From the human T2T-CHM13v2.0 reference genome, Homo sapiens: a stretch of DNA of 64,000 bases. The stretch's first letter is position 1. Each line of letters starts with the position of its first letter. The position numbers and the translations under genes are program-made. Under the pieces are notes generated by a model, which did not search any database, was not told where the DNA came from, and saw only the letters and a list, made by a program, of their open reading frames with translations. Below, one piece after another: positions 13,277 through 28,689 of this stretch. The DNA lies in the NCBI GenBank assembly GCA_009914755.4, contig CP068257.2, forward strand, positions 9,696,001-9,760,000. Direction: 5' to 3'.

Positions 13277-13689
13277 CTCAATATTGTTTTTAATAATTTC
13301 TGCTTTACTTGCAGTTAATCCTATCAGGCCTTCTACCATACCCAGTTGTGTCAGCAAGATCTGTACAATGATAAGTAACACATGGCTCCCAGGGCTAAAC
13401 ATATTCCTAACACTTATATAAACACTTTTTCAGAAATTTGACAATATTTTATAATTAAACAATATCTTATTTTACAAGAAAAGATATGGTATCACAATAC
13501 TCTGAGCAAAGAGTTAATTTGCTTCTCAAATTTCCTAGATAATGAAGTAGTCCTAAAATATTTAACTCAGTATTGGTAATAGTTTCAATTTGAGGAAGTG
13601 TTCTGAATAGCCTTTTTAATGCTGATGTCATAAGATTGTGTTACAAACACACTTTCATTTAAAGACACTTTATTTTTAATTTTGTTCTA

Positions 13690-13810
13690 AAAACTAAAAT
13701 TATATATAAATACACATGCATCCTAAACTATATATGTATAATATACATATATGTATATATATACACACAGAGAGAGAGAGAGAGAGAAGGAGAGAGAAAC
13801 AGAGACAAAG
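13690..13810. repeat. Compound microsatellite (TA)n(CA)n(GA)n
   Basis: The sequence atatatgtatatatatacacacagagagagagagagagagaaggagagagaaacagagacaaagagag. Confidence 0.85.
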
Positions 13811-15043
13811 AGAGCCATAAATCCTGAATTTGTTGTTGTCAGTGGTGTTTGATAGCATCACTTTTTAACTCAATAGGATGTATCTGCACAAAGCTAAAAT
13901 TAATTTATTTTTGCCATACAAGGCAAGTGTATCTTGTTGATGTCTATAGAGAAAATAAATCACCCTCTAAAGAACGGTTTATAAATAAATAATTGATATC
14001 TGAAAATTCAGAAAAAAATACCACTATCATTTTACTTACCATATTGCATTGAAATTATATGTTTATGCTTCTCTTGCTTCTACCTCTCTGTGAATTCAAG
14101 GTTAGAAAAGGAGAAATTTTTATCTTAGCATTCCCAGGACCAATCACAATATCTAATACTTACAGCATGCAATAAATGTTGGTTGAACTAAAATAAATCT
14201 GATATAAAAACAAATAATGCTTTAGGGAAGTGATTTTTCATTTGAGATTATTTTCTCAGAAAAATTAACATGACCAGGTTGTCATCCTATGCAAACATTA
14301 GTATGCCTTATTGATTTTTCACTAAGTTATATAGCTTATATTATAAGACTTTTTTATGGGTGTCTCTACCTATAGATTCCAGGCACTAACAAACGTGTAG
14401 AAACTCATAAATTTAATGCATTTTATCAAGTTGATTAATATAGCATGAACATTTTTCAACTGGCTTCACAAATCATTTATTGTTAAATGTTATTCTTATA
14501 CCTGTATTAGAGAGAAAAAAGCCAGAGGTGGCAAGGTGATATACAGATCAACTGGAAATCCACAAGTTTTGGTTTGGAACTCTTTGGAAAATTGAATAAA
14601 GAGTCACACCTTGCTCAAAACTGAATCAGTAAAAGTGATGTACATATCAATAAACAAACTAATAAAAAAGCATTAAAAATATAGTCAGCATATATTTTTC
14701 TGGAATATAAAATTGAGGAACTAGAATAATTCAACTTGAATAAGTGTAACTAATTCATTTTCTGCAAAATATTACCCAGAGATTGAGTATTTTTCTATTT
14801 ATTCTATTGGAAAAAAATGATATACCACTGTACTGGAAATATTCAGAAAAGTTTGTCTATTTTTTAAAATTGTACTTATTATACCTTTATAACCGTGAGA
14901 TAATATATTTATTATTTGAATGAGAATAAATGTTTATGATTTATACAAACATGCCTGACACAGACTACTATGCCCACAAAAGTTGAATGGTTGTTTTTAG
15001 CTTATATATACCTATACGGGTTAATAGATATATCTTTACTTCT

Positions 15044-15338
15044 TTTTTCTTTTTTTTTGAGACAGAGTCTCACTCTGCAGCCCAGGTTGGAGTGCAGTGA
15101 CATGATCTCGGCTCACTGCAACTCCGCCTCCCATGTTCACGCTATCCTCCTACCTCAGCCTCCTGAATAGCTGGGACTACAGGTGCCCGCCACCACGCCC
15201 GTCTTATTTTTTGTATTTTTAGTAGCGATGGGGTTTCACCGTGTTAGCCAGGATGGTCTCAATCTCCTGACATTGTGATCTGCCTGCCTCAGCCTCCCAA
15301 AGTGCTGGGATTATAGGCGCGAGCCACCGCACCCGGCC
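15044..15338 (-). mobile_element. Alu element (antisense) with a 15-bp target-site duplication
   Basis: An Alu body lies between direct repeats atatctttacttctt, at 15029-15043 and immediately after 15338. The poly-T tail sits at the upstream side. Confidence 0.95.
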
Positions 15339-15604
15339 AATATATCTTTACTTCTTATAAGAAATGAGTAACTTTATTAATTCTACCAACAGATAACATT
15401 CTTCCTCTCAGAGAGTAATATGCAATCATTTCCTAACCTTATTTTATTGCGCTATATTTTAAATATAATAAACGTGTCAAAAATGTGGTTTCGTACTTTT
15501 TATAAATTGATATATTTACCTAATTACACTAAATCTAGAAAATACTATTGTGCTTATTCAAACTTCTCTTCTCTTCTTCAGAGGCAAACCTGTATAACTT
15601 CTTT

Positions 15605-15745
15605 GGTTTGTTTGTTTTAAGACGTAGTCTTACTCTGTTACCCAGGCTAGAGTGCAGTGGTACAATGTGAGGTCACTGCAACCTCCGCCTCCCGGGTTCA
15701 AGCGATTCTCCGGCTTCAGCATCCCAAATAACTCGGATTAAACCC
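15605..15745 (-). mobile_element. Alu fragment (tail end only, antisense)
   Basis: The string ttttaagacgtagtcttactctgttacccaggctagagtgcagtggtacaatgtgaggtcactgcaacctccgcctcccgggttcaagcgattctcc. Confidence 0.7.
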
Positions 15746-16160
15746 TTATAATTTCTATCATGATTGATTAATTTTGTTCATCTTCAAATTCCAATAATTA
15801 GAATTCCTACAGGATGTGTGTGTGAGTGTGTATCTGGTTTATTTTCTTTAGCATAAATAAATATTTGAGATTTAGCCAAATATTTGTGTGTATCATTTGT
15901 TTATTTTTCCTCATATTTCTGAGTTGCCTATGTATTTGTCAGAGTTTGCTTATTCATTAGTCTGTTAGTGAATATTCAGATTGCTTTCAGAATTAGCTTT
16001 TACAAATAAAGGACTTAGGTGCATTCTCAAACAGGTTTTTGTGTAAATATATGCTTTTATTTTTGTTGGATAAATTTCTAGAATTGAAATTGCTGTGCTA
16101 TAGGGTAGATATATGTTGGCCTTATTTAGAAGCGAATTATTTTTCAAAGCGGTTGTTCCG

Positions 16161-16162
<2 letters not shown>

Positions 16163-16198
<36 letters not shown>

Positions 16199-16487
16199 AG
16201 ACAGTCTCGCGCTGTCGCCCGGGCTGGAGTGCACTGGCGTGATCTGGGCTCACCGCAAGCTCCACTTCTCAGGTTCACGCCATTCTCCTGCCTCAGCTTC
16301 CTGATTAGTTGGGACTACAGGCGCCCGCCACCACACCCGTCTAATTTTTTTTTTTTTTTGTATTTTTAGTAGAGACGGGGTTTCACCATGTTAGCCAGGA
16401 TAGGCTCGATCTCATGACCCCGTGATCCACCCGCCTCGGCCCCCCAAAGTGCTGTGATTACAGGCATGAGCCACCGCGCCCAGCCGG
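16163..16487 (-). mobile_element. Alu element (antisense) with a T tail of about 35 and an approximate TSD cggttgttc
   Basis: The strings tttttttt...gagacagtctcgcgctgtcgcccgggctggagtgcactggcgtgatctgggctcaccgcaagctcc...ggcatgagccaccgcgcccagcc, with cggttgtt on both flanks. Confidence 0.9.
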
Positions 16488-17405
16488 TTGTTCTATTTTA
16501 CACTCTCACAAGAAATAGACATGACTTCTAGTTTCCCCACATATTTGCCAATATTAGTATTATCATTTTAAATGGTAGTCTTTCCAGTTTCAATGCATTT
16601 TGGTTGCATTTCCCCTTATCTAATAATATTGAGCATCTTTTCACATTCCTATAAGCCACTTGTATCTCTTGTTTTGTGAAATACCTGTTCAAGATTCTTA
16701 TAACTATTTAGTGGATCTCAGGAGTACTCTGTGCGTTTTGAACACGCAATTTTTTTCTCATACATATATGGAATAATTTATCACAGTCTATGGCTTAAAA
16801 TTATATTTTCTTACATTTTGCAGTTTTATTAGGATACATTTTTAATTAATATCTACAATTTATCAATTTTTAATCTTATGATAGTGCTTTCTCTGTTCAG
16901 AAATATTTTTCCTATTATAATAGCTCACAGATATTGTTTAATTTTTTTCTTTTAAAAGCTTTCTGAATTTTGCTTTTTCATTTTTATGCCTACATTAAAA
17001 ATATCGGATTAGTTTTGTGTATACAAAGGACTGATGCATGTATTTTTTTAATATGAGAATGCATTTATTTCAAAAGCCTTTGTTAAAGACTTACTTTCCC
17101 CACTGAATTATCTACATGCCCTTATAAACATTTAATTTACTGCATAGGTGGAGGTCTAATTTTGAACCCATCTTTATCCTTATTATTTTTGTGTTATGAT
17201 GCTTTGATACTGCAGCTTTCTTAGATGTCTGAAAATTGGCTCTATTTTTTTCTCAAAATTCTAGGTCCTATGAATTTTCTAAACAAATTTTGGAAACAGC
17301 TTGTGAATTTCTCTCAAAATGTTTGCCACAATTTACTATAGAGTTGTAGTAAATAGATATAGAATTCATTGTAGTCAATAAATTACAAACTATAGATTGC
17401 ATTGA

Positions 17406-17709
<304 letters not shown>

Positions 17710-18179
17710 CCTACTGCATTGATTCTAAAGATTAACTTCCAGAGAATTCACATCAAACAATGTTGCATCTTCAAATCTATGAATATGGTAGTTCTTTACA
17801 TTTATTTAGGTCTTCTGTAATGTTTCTCTACAAGAAATTTTAAAAAGTTTTAGAGTGAAAGATTTTTAAAGGTTTCACTTAAATTATTCTTAACTATTTT
17901 TATACCATTAAAATTTTACTTTTAAATGTATTCTCAATTGTTTATTTCTAGTATTTAGAAATTCCATTAATTTTACATATTGTATTTTATGTATTGACCT
18001 TGCATTCTACACATTCTGCACCATTATTGAATTTGATTCTTATTATTCACAGCTTTTTAAATAAATGTATTAGGATTTTCTTCATACACAATATACATAC
18101 ATAAGTTCTGTGAATAAAAATATTTTTTCTTTTCACTTTTCAATTTTTATGCTTTTCATTTCTTGACCCCATGCAAATC

Positions 18180-19855
18180 TGAAATCCAGAGGGGCAGCCA
18201 AATCTTAAAGCTCCAAAATGATCTCCTTTGACTCCATGTCTCACATCCTGATCATGCAGATGCAAGAGGTGGGTTCCCATGGTATTGGGCAGCTCTGCCC
18301 CTGTGGCTTTGCGGGATATAGCCTGCCTTCTGGCTGCTTTTGTGGGCTGGTGTTGAGTGTCTGTGGCTTTCCCAGGCACATGGTGTTGTTGGTGGATCTA
18401 ACATTCTGAGGTCTGGAGGATGGTGGCCCTCTTCCCACAGGTCCACCAGGCGGTGGTGCCCCAGTAGGGACTCTGTGTGGGGGCTCCCACCCAACATTTC
18501 CCTTCCTCACTGCCCTAGCAGAGGTTGTCAATGAGGGCCCCATCCCTGCAGCAAACTTTTGCATGGGCATCCAGGTGTTTCCATATATCTTCTGAAATCT
18601 AAGCAGATGTTCCCAAACCTCAATTCTTGATTTCTGTGCATCCACAGGCTCAACACCACATGGAAGCTGCCAAGGCTTGGGGCTTCCACCCTATGAAGCA
18701 ACAGCTCAAGCTGTACTTTGGTCCCTTTTAGTCACAGCTGGAGTGGCTGGGATGCAGGGCACCAACACCCTACACTGCACACAGCATGGGGACCCTGGGC
18801 CCAGCAAAACCATTTTCCTCTAGGCCTCTGAGACTGTGATGGGAAGGGCTGCTGTGAAGACTTCTAACATGCCCAGGAGACATTTTCACCATTGTCTTGG
18901 GGATTGACATTCAGTTCCTTGTTACTTATGCAAATTTCTGCAGCCAGCTTAAATTTCTCCTCAGAAAATGGGTTTTTCTCTTCTATCACATTGTCAGGCT
19001 GCAAATTTTCTGAACTTTTATGCTCTGCTTGCCTTATAAACTGAAACTGAATGCCTTTAAAAGCACCCAAGTCACTTCTTCAATGCTTTGCTGTTTAGAA
19101 ATTTCTTCTGTCAGATACCCTAATTCATCTGTCAAGTTCTAAGTTTCACTAATCTTTAGGGCATGGGCAAAATGCTGTCAGTCTCTTTGCTAAAACATAA
19201 CAAGAGTCAACTTTGCTCTAGTTTCTAACAAGTTCCTCAACTCCATCTGAGACCACATCAGCCTGGATCTCATTGTTCACATCATTATCAGCGTTTTGGT
19301 CAAAGCCATTCAAAACGTCTCTAGGAAGTTCCAAACTTTCCTGCATTTTCCTGTCTTCTGCTGAGCCCTTCAAACTGTTCCAACCCCCGCCTGTTACGCA
19401 GTTCCAAAATTGCTTCCACATTTTCAGGTATCTTTTCAGCAGCATCCCACTCTACTGATACCAGTTTACTGTATTAGTCTGTTTTAATGCTGCTGATAAA
19501 GACATACCCAAGACTGGGCAATTGACAAAAGAAAAAAGGTTTAATTGGACTTACAGTTTCATGTAGCTGGGGAAGCCTCACAATCATGGTGGAAAGCAAA
19601 GAGGAGCAAGTCATAACTTACATGGATGGCAGCAGGCAAAGAGAGCTTGTGCAGGAAAACTCCCCCTTATAATAACCATCAGACCTCATGAGACTTACTC
19701 ACTATCAGGAAAACAGCACAGGAAAAGCCTACCTCCATGATTCAGTTACCTCCCACCAGGTTCCTCCCAAAAGGTATGGGAATTCAAGATGAGATTTGGG
19801 TGGGGACACAGCCAAACCACATCAATGAAGCTCTCTGTCGTATATGTTAATGCTG
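18180..19855 (+). mobile_element. Long 3'UTR-type segment of an older primate L1 subfamily (L1PB/L1MA-like)
   Basis: A contiguous match, from memory, to the common repeat ...tctttgctaaaacataacaagagtcaactttgctctagtttc...ttccacattttcaggtatcttttcagcagcatcccactctactgataccagtttactgtattagtc...tacaatcatggtggaaagcaaagaggagcaag...ccatgattcagttacctcccaccaggttcctccc...attcaagatgagatttgggtggggacacagccaaaccacatca. The family assignment is uncertain. Confidence 0.5.
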
Positions 19856-19859
19856 ATAA

Positions 19860-20989
19860 TGTTTTTTTGTTTTGTTTTTGAGGAGATCTTAGAGACGAAA
19901 AAGGGGAAGCTCCATTAAAATTGGTAAAGGAAGAAACATAATATGAAAGGAGGGAAATAATGAGGTAAAAGATGCAGAGACTGCTTTCCAGACAAAGTAA
20001 GAATGAACTTCACTTTGGAATAACAAAGCAGTGCTTGCTTGGCAAGGTGAGTCTTAGAATCTGACTAACATCAACAGGGCAGAGTCTCAGGTAATTAACA
20101 AAACCAGGAAGGAACAGGGAGCAGCAATGCTAAAACACAAGAAACCAGGTTACTTTGTCCTACTTCATAGTTGTTATTTTCCTAATCATTGGAGATAAGC
20201 TATGATTAACAGAAAAACTACCCATGTAAAATATTGTCACCCAACTTTTAAGAAAAACAAGAAAGAAGATACAAAACTTAGCAAACAGAATAAGTAATTT
20301 CAGAGAATCAGAATTAAGACAAGAAACAAATGTAATTACAGTAAGTGTAATTCATATCTTCAGAGACATGCAAGAAGAGGTTGCATTTTAGAAAATACTG
20401 ATAATAGCTCTTGGATTAAAAACTCAACAGATGTTCTGAAGAGAACAATAGACATAGTTAAATATAGATCTAGCAAGTTTGAAGTTTAAAAGTTGAATAA
20501 TTTTCTCTGAATCCAATGGCTAGGATAAAATGAAGAAAGGTAAAGGGAGGTAAAGTGAAGATAAAGAATTGTTGACGTAAAGTTGTTTAAAATGCTAGAA
20601 AAAAAAGGAAAGTAAACATAAAGATGGAAATAATTAAAGAACTAATTTAAATATTTTTTAGAACTAGAAATACTGTAGACTTGAGATTTAAAGTTTTCAT
20701 AGAAGTATGAACTTATATTAATGGAGAAATTCTACTGATAGACATCTCTTGAAGAAGCAATGGGATACTAACGATTAGGACAGAATCATAAAGACTTCCA
20801 GAGTAGGAGGATAGAAAGGTAATTTTCAATGGAATAAGAAGTAGATAGAAAAGAAAATTTATTCTTAAACATGTAGATGTTGTTAATAACTGGGACAAGA
20901 CCATCAATGTCTGAAGAAATTCCAAAAATAAAATAATAAAATTAACAAACAGATTTTTAGAATTACATCTGGCAGTCATAGAGCGCAAT

Positions 20990-20990
<1 letters not shown>
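19860..20990. mobile_element. A-rich degraded L1-like sequence (orientation and subfamily unresolved)
   Basis: The composition and word content are typical of an old L1 ORF1/5' region. There is no open reading frame. Confidence 0.3.
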
Positions 20991-21507
<517 letters not shown>

Positions 21508-22142
21508 CTAAAATAAAATTGCTTAAAACTAGTGATAAAGAAAAATTCTCAAAGCAGCCAATGACAAAAACACGGTTTGCACAGAGGAACAAAAAATGCC
21601 AGCAAACATTTTATTGGAAACAAAGAAAATTAGAAGATAATGAAGCAACATCTTTAAAGTACTGGAAGATAAACATTGTCAGCTGGAAATTGTAGACTCA
21701 GAGAAACTATCTTTCAAGATGTAGGTGAAATAAAGATTTTGTTCTGGCACTTAGAACCTGAAATAAATCATCACCAGTAAAACAGCACTATAAAAAATGT
21801 TAAAGAAAATGTTTCAGGCAGACGTAAAATAATATCAAAAGGAAATTTGGATCTACATAGAAGAATGAAAAGCACTGGAAATGGTATCAACATGGTTAAA
21901 TATATAAGATCCTTTTATTTCTGTTTGAATTCAATTGATTGTTTAAACAAGGGGTCAGCAAGCTATAGCTTCATGGGTGGACTGCCTGTTTATGTGAACA
22001 AATTTTTACTGAGATACATTCATGCTCATTTGTTTATGTATTATCAATGGGTGCTATAGAATTACAAAAGCAGAATTAAGTAGTTGTAACAGAGCCTAAT
22101 GGCACACAAGCCTAAAATATTTAGCTTTTAAGGAAAGCATGT

Positions 22143-22441
<299 letters not shown>

Positions 22442-23213
22442 GAGAGAAGAAAACAACATTATTAACCTCTAATTTAAACAAGAATAATAACAATTTATAA
22501 TGAGTTTACAACATATATAAAAATAAATCACATGACAATAACAGAACAACAGTTAGGATAAAATAATGAAAATGTTGTTATTCATGATACTGTATGTAAA
22601 GTAGTATATTATAATTTGAAGGTAGAATGTGATGAGTTAAACATGTATACTACAAACTCAAAAGCAACCATTAAAATTAACAATATAGAGAGTTTTAATT
22701 CTCAAGTAAAAAAGGAGATAAGATGAAACCGTAAAATATATTTAATTCATAGAAAAGAAGGCAAACAAGAGGGAAAATAAGCAAAAAACAGATGGGATGG
22801 TAGGGGAAGCAAAATTTTATTACCATCTTCTTAGTTTTTTTTTTCCTCTGCTAAGCCTGAGAATTAAATTGATATAAGACAGATCAACAGGAAAATGCAT
22901 ACAAATTTATTTAATACATGTATTATGTGGCATGAGAGATTCTTTAAGGAAGGAAGACTCCATGACATAATCACTTATGTTCTGAAGTAGACACAGAGTA
23001 GTAAATTGTGAAATATGACAACACAAAGGAGCTGGAACTAGTGTAGTTAATTGGGTGAAGAGGTGATTAACAGGATAAGGGTTGGTTTAACAAGGTATGT
23101 TTGTACAGGTTTCCCTTGCCTCAACTTCTCATCCTGGGTGATGAGACTGTTACTTTCCTTCTTGTATAAAGAGGGCAACTTTCATGTAGAAATTTTACCT
23201 CCTACTTTTAAGA

Positions 23214-23318
23214 AAAAGGAAAATCAGAGTGCTTTAAAGGAAAATCAGAGTGCCTTAAAGGAAAATCAGAGTGCTTTAAAGGAAAGTCAGAGTGCTTTAA
23301 AGGAAAATCAGAGTGCTT
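23214..23318 (+). repeat. 21-bp tandem repeat x5 (aaaggaaaatcagagtgcttt)
   Basis: Five consecutive near-identical 21-mers, with one c/t and one a/g substitution, lie inside the L1 body. They produce the KENQSAL x5 pseudo-ORF in the six-frame track. Confidence 0.85.
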
Positions 23319-23462
23319 TTCTTGCACCTGCTATTTTTCAAGTGTCTTTAACTCAAAAAAATCAATATGCCAAAGTGGCACGTTTCGGGGTATCTGGTTC
23401 TGAATTCCTTCAGGAAAGATAGAAAGCAAAAGCAAAATAATAGGTTTAAAACTAAAAATATC

Positions 23463-23824
<362 letters not shown>

Positions 23825-25307
23825 TTAAAAGCAGATTGGATGAATAAAACAAGATCTAAGTTATTACTGTCTAGAAGAAATTCAAGAATATCCTAATAAA
23901 AGATATCTATGTAAAAACAATAGCTGGCATCATACTTAATGAAGAAAAATCAGTTTATTTCCCCCTATTTCAGGAACAAGATGAGTCCATTAACTCTTAG
24001 CACTTTGTTTTAACATTCCACTAGACGTTCTACCAAGTAAAATAGACAAAAAACATAAACAAAAGAATTACAGATGGGAAAGGAAAATGTAGATTGGTTT
24101 TATTTATAGACGGCATGTCTCTGTAGAAAGTCCACTGAAATCTACAAAAACACTGCTGGCTATAATAAGTGAGTTAGCAACATAAAAAAGAAAAAAAGCA
24201 ACATATTAAACTAATATTTCCATATACCAGCAATGAACAATAAAAAATTAAAATAAAAGTACTATTAATAATATCATGAAAAATGTAGAAGAATTAGGAA
24301 TTAATCTATCAAATGATGTGAGTCTGGTACACTAAAACTCAAAACACTGCAGAAAGTTAAAGAAGACTTAAATAAATGGAAAGATGTAATATGAATATGG
24401 GTTAGAAAATTCACATGGTAAAATGTGATTATCCCTAAATATAGATTCAATACAATACCAATTAAAATATTATTAGGCATTGTTTATAGGAATTTACACA
24501 CTAATTTTAAAACTTCAGTAGAAATGCAAAGAGTCTAAAATAGCCAAAATAATTCTTAAAAATAAGAATATTTTTGAAGGATTAGCACAATCTAATGCCA
24601 AAGCTTATAAGGCTACAGTAATGAAAATAGTGTGATATTGGCATAAAGATAGACAGAAATGTCATTGGAAGATAATAGAAAATTCAGAAATATATGTACA
24701 GAATTTTGGTAAATTGGTGTTCTCCAAAGATACAAAGGTAATTCAGTAAATAAAAGATAGCCCTTCAACAAATTCTGCTGGAACAATTAGATGCTCATAT
24801 GCAAAAAGTAGAACTTTAACACGTAACTCATGATACAAAAATTAATTTAGTACAGATCATATGCCTAAATGTAAAATGTAAAAACAAAGTGAAAAAAAGG
24901 AAGAAAAATTACGTATAGGAGAAAATATAGAAAAGTCTTTGACCTCAATACTACTTAGACATGACACAAACACCATGTTTCATCAAAGTAGAAATTGACA
25001 ACTCGAGTTCATCAAAATGTAAAACATATGTTCCTCAGGAAACACTGTAAAACAAATAGAAATATAAGACACTACTGAGAACAATATTTGCAAAATATAT
25101 GTCTGGCAAAAAAGTTGTGTCCAGAAAATATAAGAACTCTCAAAACTTGATAATAAATGTAGCAACTCTAATAAAAGTAGGCAAATGGCTTAAATGAATA
25201 CTTCTTCCCTAAAGAACATATGTAGATAGAAAGTAAACACATGGAAAGATCCTCAATATCATTAGTCATTAGGGAATTGATCTGTGTCTGTCAAAAATGG
25301 GTTGGGT

Positions 25308-25614
25308 ACAGTTGCTCAAGCCTGTAATCCCAGCACTTTGGAAGGTCAAGGCAGCAGGGTTTCTTGACCCCAGGAGTTAGAGAGCAGCCTGGGCAACGTA
25401 GTGAGATCCTGTCTCTACAAAAAAGAAAAAGACATGGCATGGTGTCTCTATTTAGCTAGGCATGGTGGCACATGCCTGTAGTACCGGCTACTCGGAAGCT
25501 GAGGTGGGAGAATCACTTGAGCCCAGGAGGTGGAGCCTGCAGTGAACTATGGTTGTGCCAATGCACTCCAGCCTGCGTGACAGAGCAAGAACCCATCTCA
25601 AAAAAGAAAAAAAG
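25308..25614 (+). mobile_element. Alu element (sense, divergent, AluJ-like), first of a tandem pair
   Basis: The strings gggttgggtacagttgctcaagcctgtaatcccagcactttggaaggtcaaggcagcagggtttcttgaccccaggagttagagagcagcctgggcaacgtagtgagatcctgtctctacaaaaaag...gcctgcgtgacagagcaagaacccatctcaaaaaagaaaaaaag. Confidence 0.8.
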
Positions 25615-25942
25615 AGGCCAGGCACAGTGGCTCACACCTGTAATCACAGCACTCTGGGAGGTCAAGGTGGGTGGATCACCTGAGGTCAAGAGATCGAGAC
25701 CAGCCTGACCAACATGGGGAAACCCCATCTCTACTAAAAATACAAAAATTAGCTGGGCATGGTGATGTGCGCCTATATCCCAGCTACTTGGGAGGCTGAG
25801 GCAGGAGAACTGTTTGAACCCAGGAGGTGTAGATTGCAGTGAGCCGAGATTGTGCCATTGCACATTGCACTCCAGCCTGGGCAACAAGAGTGAAACTTCA
25901 TCTCAAAAAAAAAAAAAAAAAAAGAAAGAAAGAAAGAAAAAA
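25615..25942 (+). mobile_element. Alu element (sense), second of the tandem pair, with an A-rich (AAAG)n tail
   Basis: The strings gaggccaggcacagtggctcacacctgtaatcacagcactctgggaggtcaaggtgggtggatcacctgaggtcaagagatcgagaccagcctgaccaacatgggg...gcctgggcaacaagagtgaaacttcatctcaaaaaaaaaaaaaaaaaaagaaagaaagaaagaaaaaag. Confidence 0.9.
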
Positions 25943-26439
25943 GAATGGCTAAAGTTAAAAAGGCTGGCCATGCCAAGTGTTGGCAAAACTATAGAGGACA
26001 ACCAACATACATGCACTGCTAATGGTAATGGAAATTAGTACAATGACTCTGGAAAAAGCCTTGTCAGTTTTTAAAATATTTTGACGTATGCACCTATCAT
26101 ATGACTGCCAATCAATTTGTAGGGAAATGAAAGTATATGTACATAAAAAACTTGTACCAAAACATTCACAGCACTTTTTTATGGGAGAGAGGGGCTAATA
26201 GTGAAGAGCATGTAACAATCAAATATTCATTAACAGATGAATGAATAAGCAAGCTTTGATATATCCATATTTTGAAATACTACAAGCAATAAAAGAAATG
26301 AAACTTTCATCCATACTATAAAATAGATTAATCTCAATAAATATGCTAATTAATAGAAGCCAGATCAAAAGAGAACAGTATGATATCATTTATATAAAAA
26401 GAGGCATTAGAGCCTAGTAGTTAAGAGTGCAGCTTCTGG

Positions 26440-26600
26440 AAGCAAAATCCTTAGTATGATTTTGGCTCATTGTCTGCAGCATTTATTTTATGTGCGCTCT
26501 TGAGGTTTTTACAGAAACAATATGCCTCAGTTTACTCATCTATATAATGACTATATCGATAGTCATCTACTTTATAAAATATAGTATTTTATAATGTAAT
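26440..26600 (+). mobile_element. MIR-like SINE fragment
   Basis: The string agagcctagtagttaagagtgcagcttctggaagcaaaatccttagtatgattttggctcattgtctgcagcatttatttt...atgcctcagtttactcatctatataatga resembles the MIR core (agtggttaagagc...ctgcctgggttcgaatcc...gcctcagtttcctcatctgtaaaatgg). Confidence 0.5.
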
Positions 26601-26930
26601 ACTTTATAATATATATTTGATATATATTTTAAAATGTCTTTATTATATTTTATAAAGTATAAATAATATAAAATAATGTCTATAGTTGTTGACTTATAAA
26701 AATAAAGATTAAATAAACAAAAATATGTGAAGCACTAGTTTACTACCTAGAAAATGGTACATTTTAAATATTTTCATGATTGTAATAAATAAATGTATCC
26801 TTATAATGTTATTTTATTAATAATAAACAAAAATTTATTTTTAGAATAATGAATATTATAATTATTTTTATTTTTAGAATAAATAATAATGAATAATATT
26901 ATTATAATAATATTATTATTCATTCTTATA
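26560..26930. repeat. AT-rich low-complexity tract with (AATAAT)/(TATAAA) motifs
   Basis: Greater than 85% A+T, reading ataaaatatagtattttataatgtaatactttataatatatatttgatatatattttaaaat...aataataatgaataatattattataataatattattattcattc. Confidence 0.7.
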
Positions 26931-27689
26931 TACCTTTGAAAAATCATAGGGTAAGATGATTGAAATTCTGTGTATAGCATCTCAGCAGATGAGATATATA
27001 AGAAAGAACCATTGCACCCCCATTTACTTAAATCAGTTATAGTTTAAGTTGTTTGAAAAAAGTCATTTATTGGAATCACCACATGACATCAATCAAGAGC
27101 AAAGTGTGTAGAATACTGTCAAGTTTTTCTCCAAGAATTTATTTCTGTTTTCAATTTGCAACTCACTGAAGCATTGAACATTTTATGAGCTCTACAACTA
27201 ACAATGCCTGGGAATTTAAATATTTTCCATGGAATATGATTACTTCAAATGAAAAAAAAGGAGCAGATATGATAATGAATAATTTACCATGCGTATATGG
27301 TACAAAGTAGAATCTTTAAAAATAAAGACACAAACAGCAACAACCACAAAAACCTCAATTGTTTCTGCTTTTGTTCTATTTTTAGTGAACTTAAAATTTT
27401 AAGAGAAACTCTTTCTCCTTGTTTTTAACACATGTAGAGAGAGGTGTGGAATATTGTAAAGCTTTTTATCTGATTCGGCCTGAGTCTCAATAGATGAAGA
27501 TTCATCGAGTTTAGTAGGCCGAATAGTTTTTTCTAAAAGATATGTGACGCGTTAATCCTTGGAATCTTTGAATATAATGACACGTTAAACAGTGAATATT
27601 ACCTTATACGGCAATGCTTGTGATTAAGTTAAGGACTTTAAGGGAAGGGGCTTATTCTGAAATATACTCACGGGTCTCTAATTCAATGA

Positions 27690-27983
<294 letters not shown>

Positions 27984-28317
27984 GTGCCTGGCCTGACAAA
28001 TGTTTTTTTAAGAGTGAGTCAGAGGGAGACTTGACACACAGAAGAGGAGGCAATGTGACCAGGGAGCAGAGATTGGAGTGGCGCAGCCCCCAGAAGCTGG
28101 GGAAAAGGAATGCTGGCATGAGTAAAGGAATGCTGGCAGCCCCCAGAAGCTGGAAGATCCACAGAATGGATTCTCTCTAGGGACCTCAGAGCGAGTGTGG
28201 CCCCACTGTATTTAGGACTTCTAGCCTCTAGAACTGTTTTAGAATACATTGCTGTTGTTGAAGTCATTTAGTTTGTGTCAATTTGTTGTGATAGCCTAGG
28301 GAACTAATATAATGAAG

Positions 28318-28345
28318 CATGGAGAGAGAGAGAGAGAGAGAGAGG
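28318..28345. repeat. (GA)n microsatellite
   Basis: The sequence ggagagagagagagagagagagagagg. Confidence 0.9.
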
Positions 28346-28435
28346 ATAAAAGGTGAAAATCATGTGCCAAAACTAAAGAAAAGAGATGCTGACATTTGTG
28401 ATTAAATAGAATAATTGCACTATTTAAGATTAATC

Positions 28436-28540
28436 ACTTGAGCCTGGGAGGTGGAGGCTGTAGTGAGTCATCATGGTGCCACTGCATTCCAGCCTGCATG
28501 ACAGAGAGAGACTCTGTCTTAGGAAAAAAAAAAAATTAAG
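28436..28540 (+). mobile_element. Alu 3' fragment (sense) with an A12 tail
   Basis: The string cacttgagcctgggaggtggaggctgtagtgagtcatcatggtgccactgcattccagcctgcatgacagagagagactctgtcttaggaaaaaaaaaaaa. Confidence 0.8.
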
Positions 28541-28689
28541 GTGGTCCAGAATGCACCCAAGGATAAAATGCAAAGATGATCTTGCCCCATGTATGTTTTA
28601 GCATACTACTTAGGTACTATTTATTTTTTAATTATCTCCTTTTTACATTTTGACAATTTTATCCCAGTGGTCAAGCCTTGTATTAGAAA

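Noticed and set aside
18140-18645. Overlapping ORFs (79-134 aa) in a moderately GC-rich segment
   Set aside because: The segment is part of a recognisable high-copy primate interspersed repeat (L1-type long 3'UTR). Its ORFs are not conserved reading frames.
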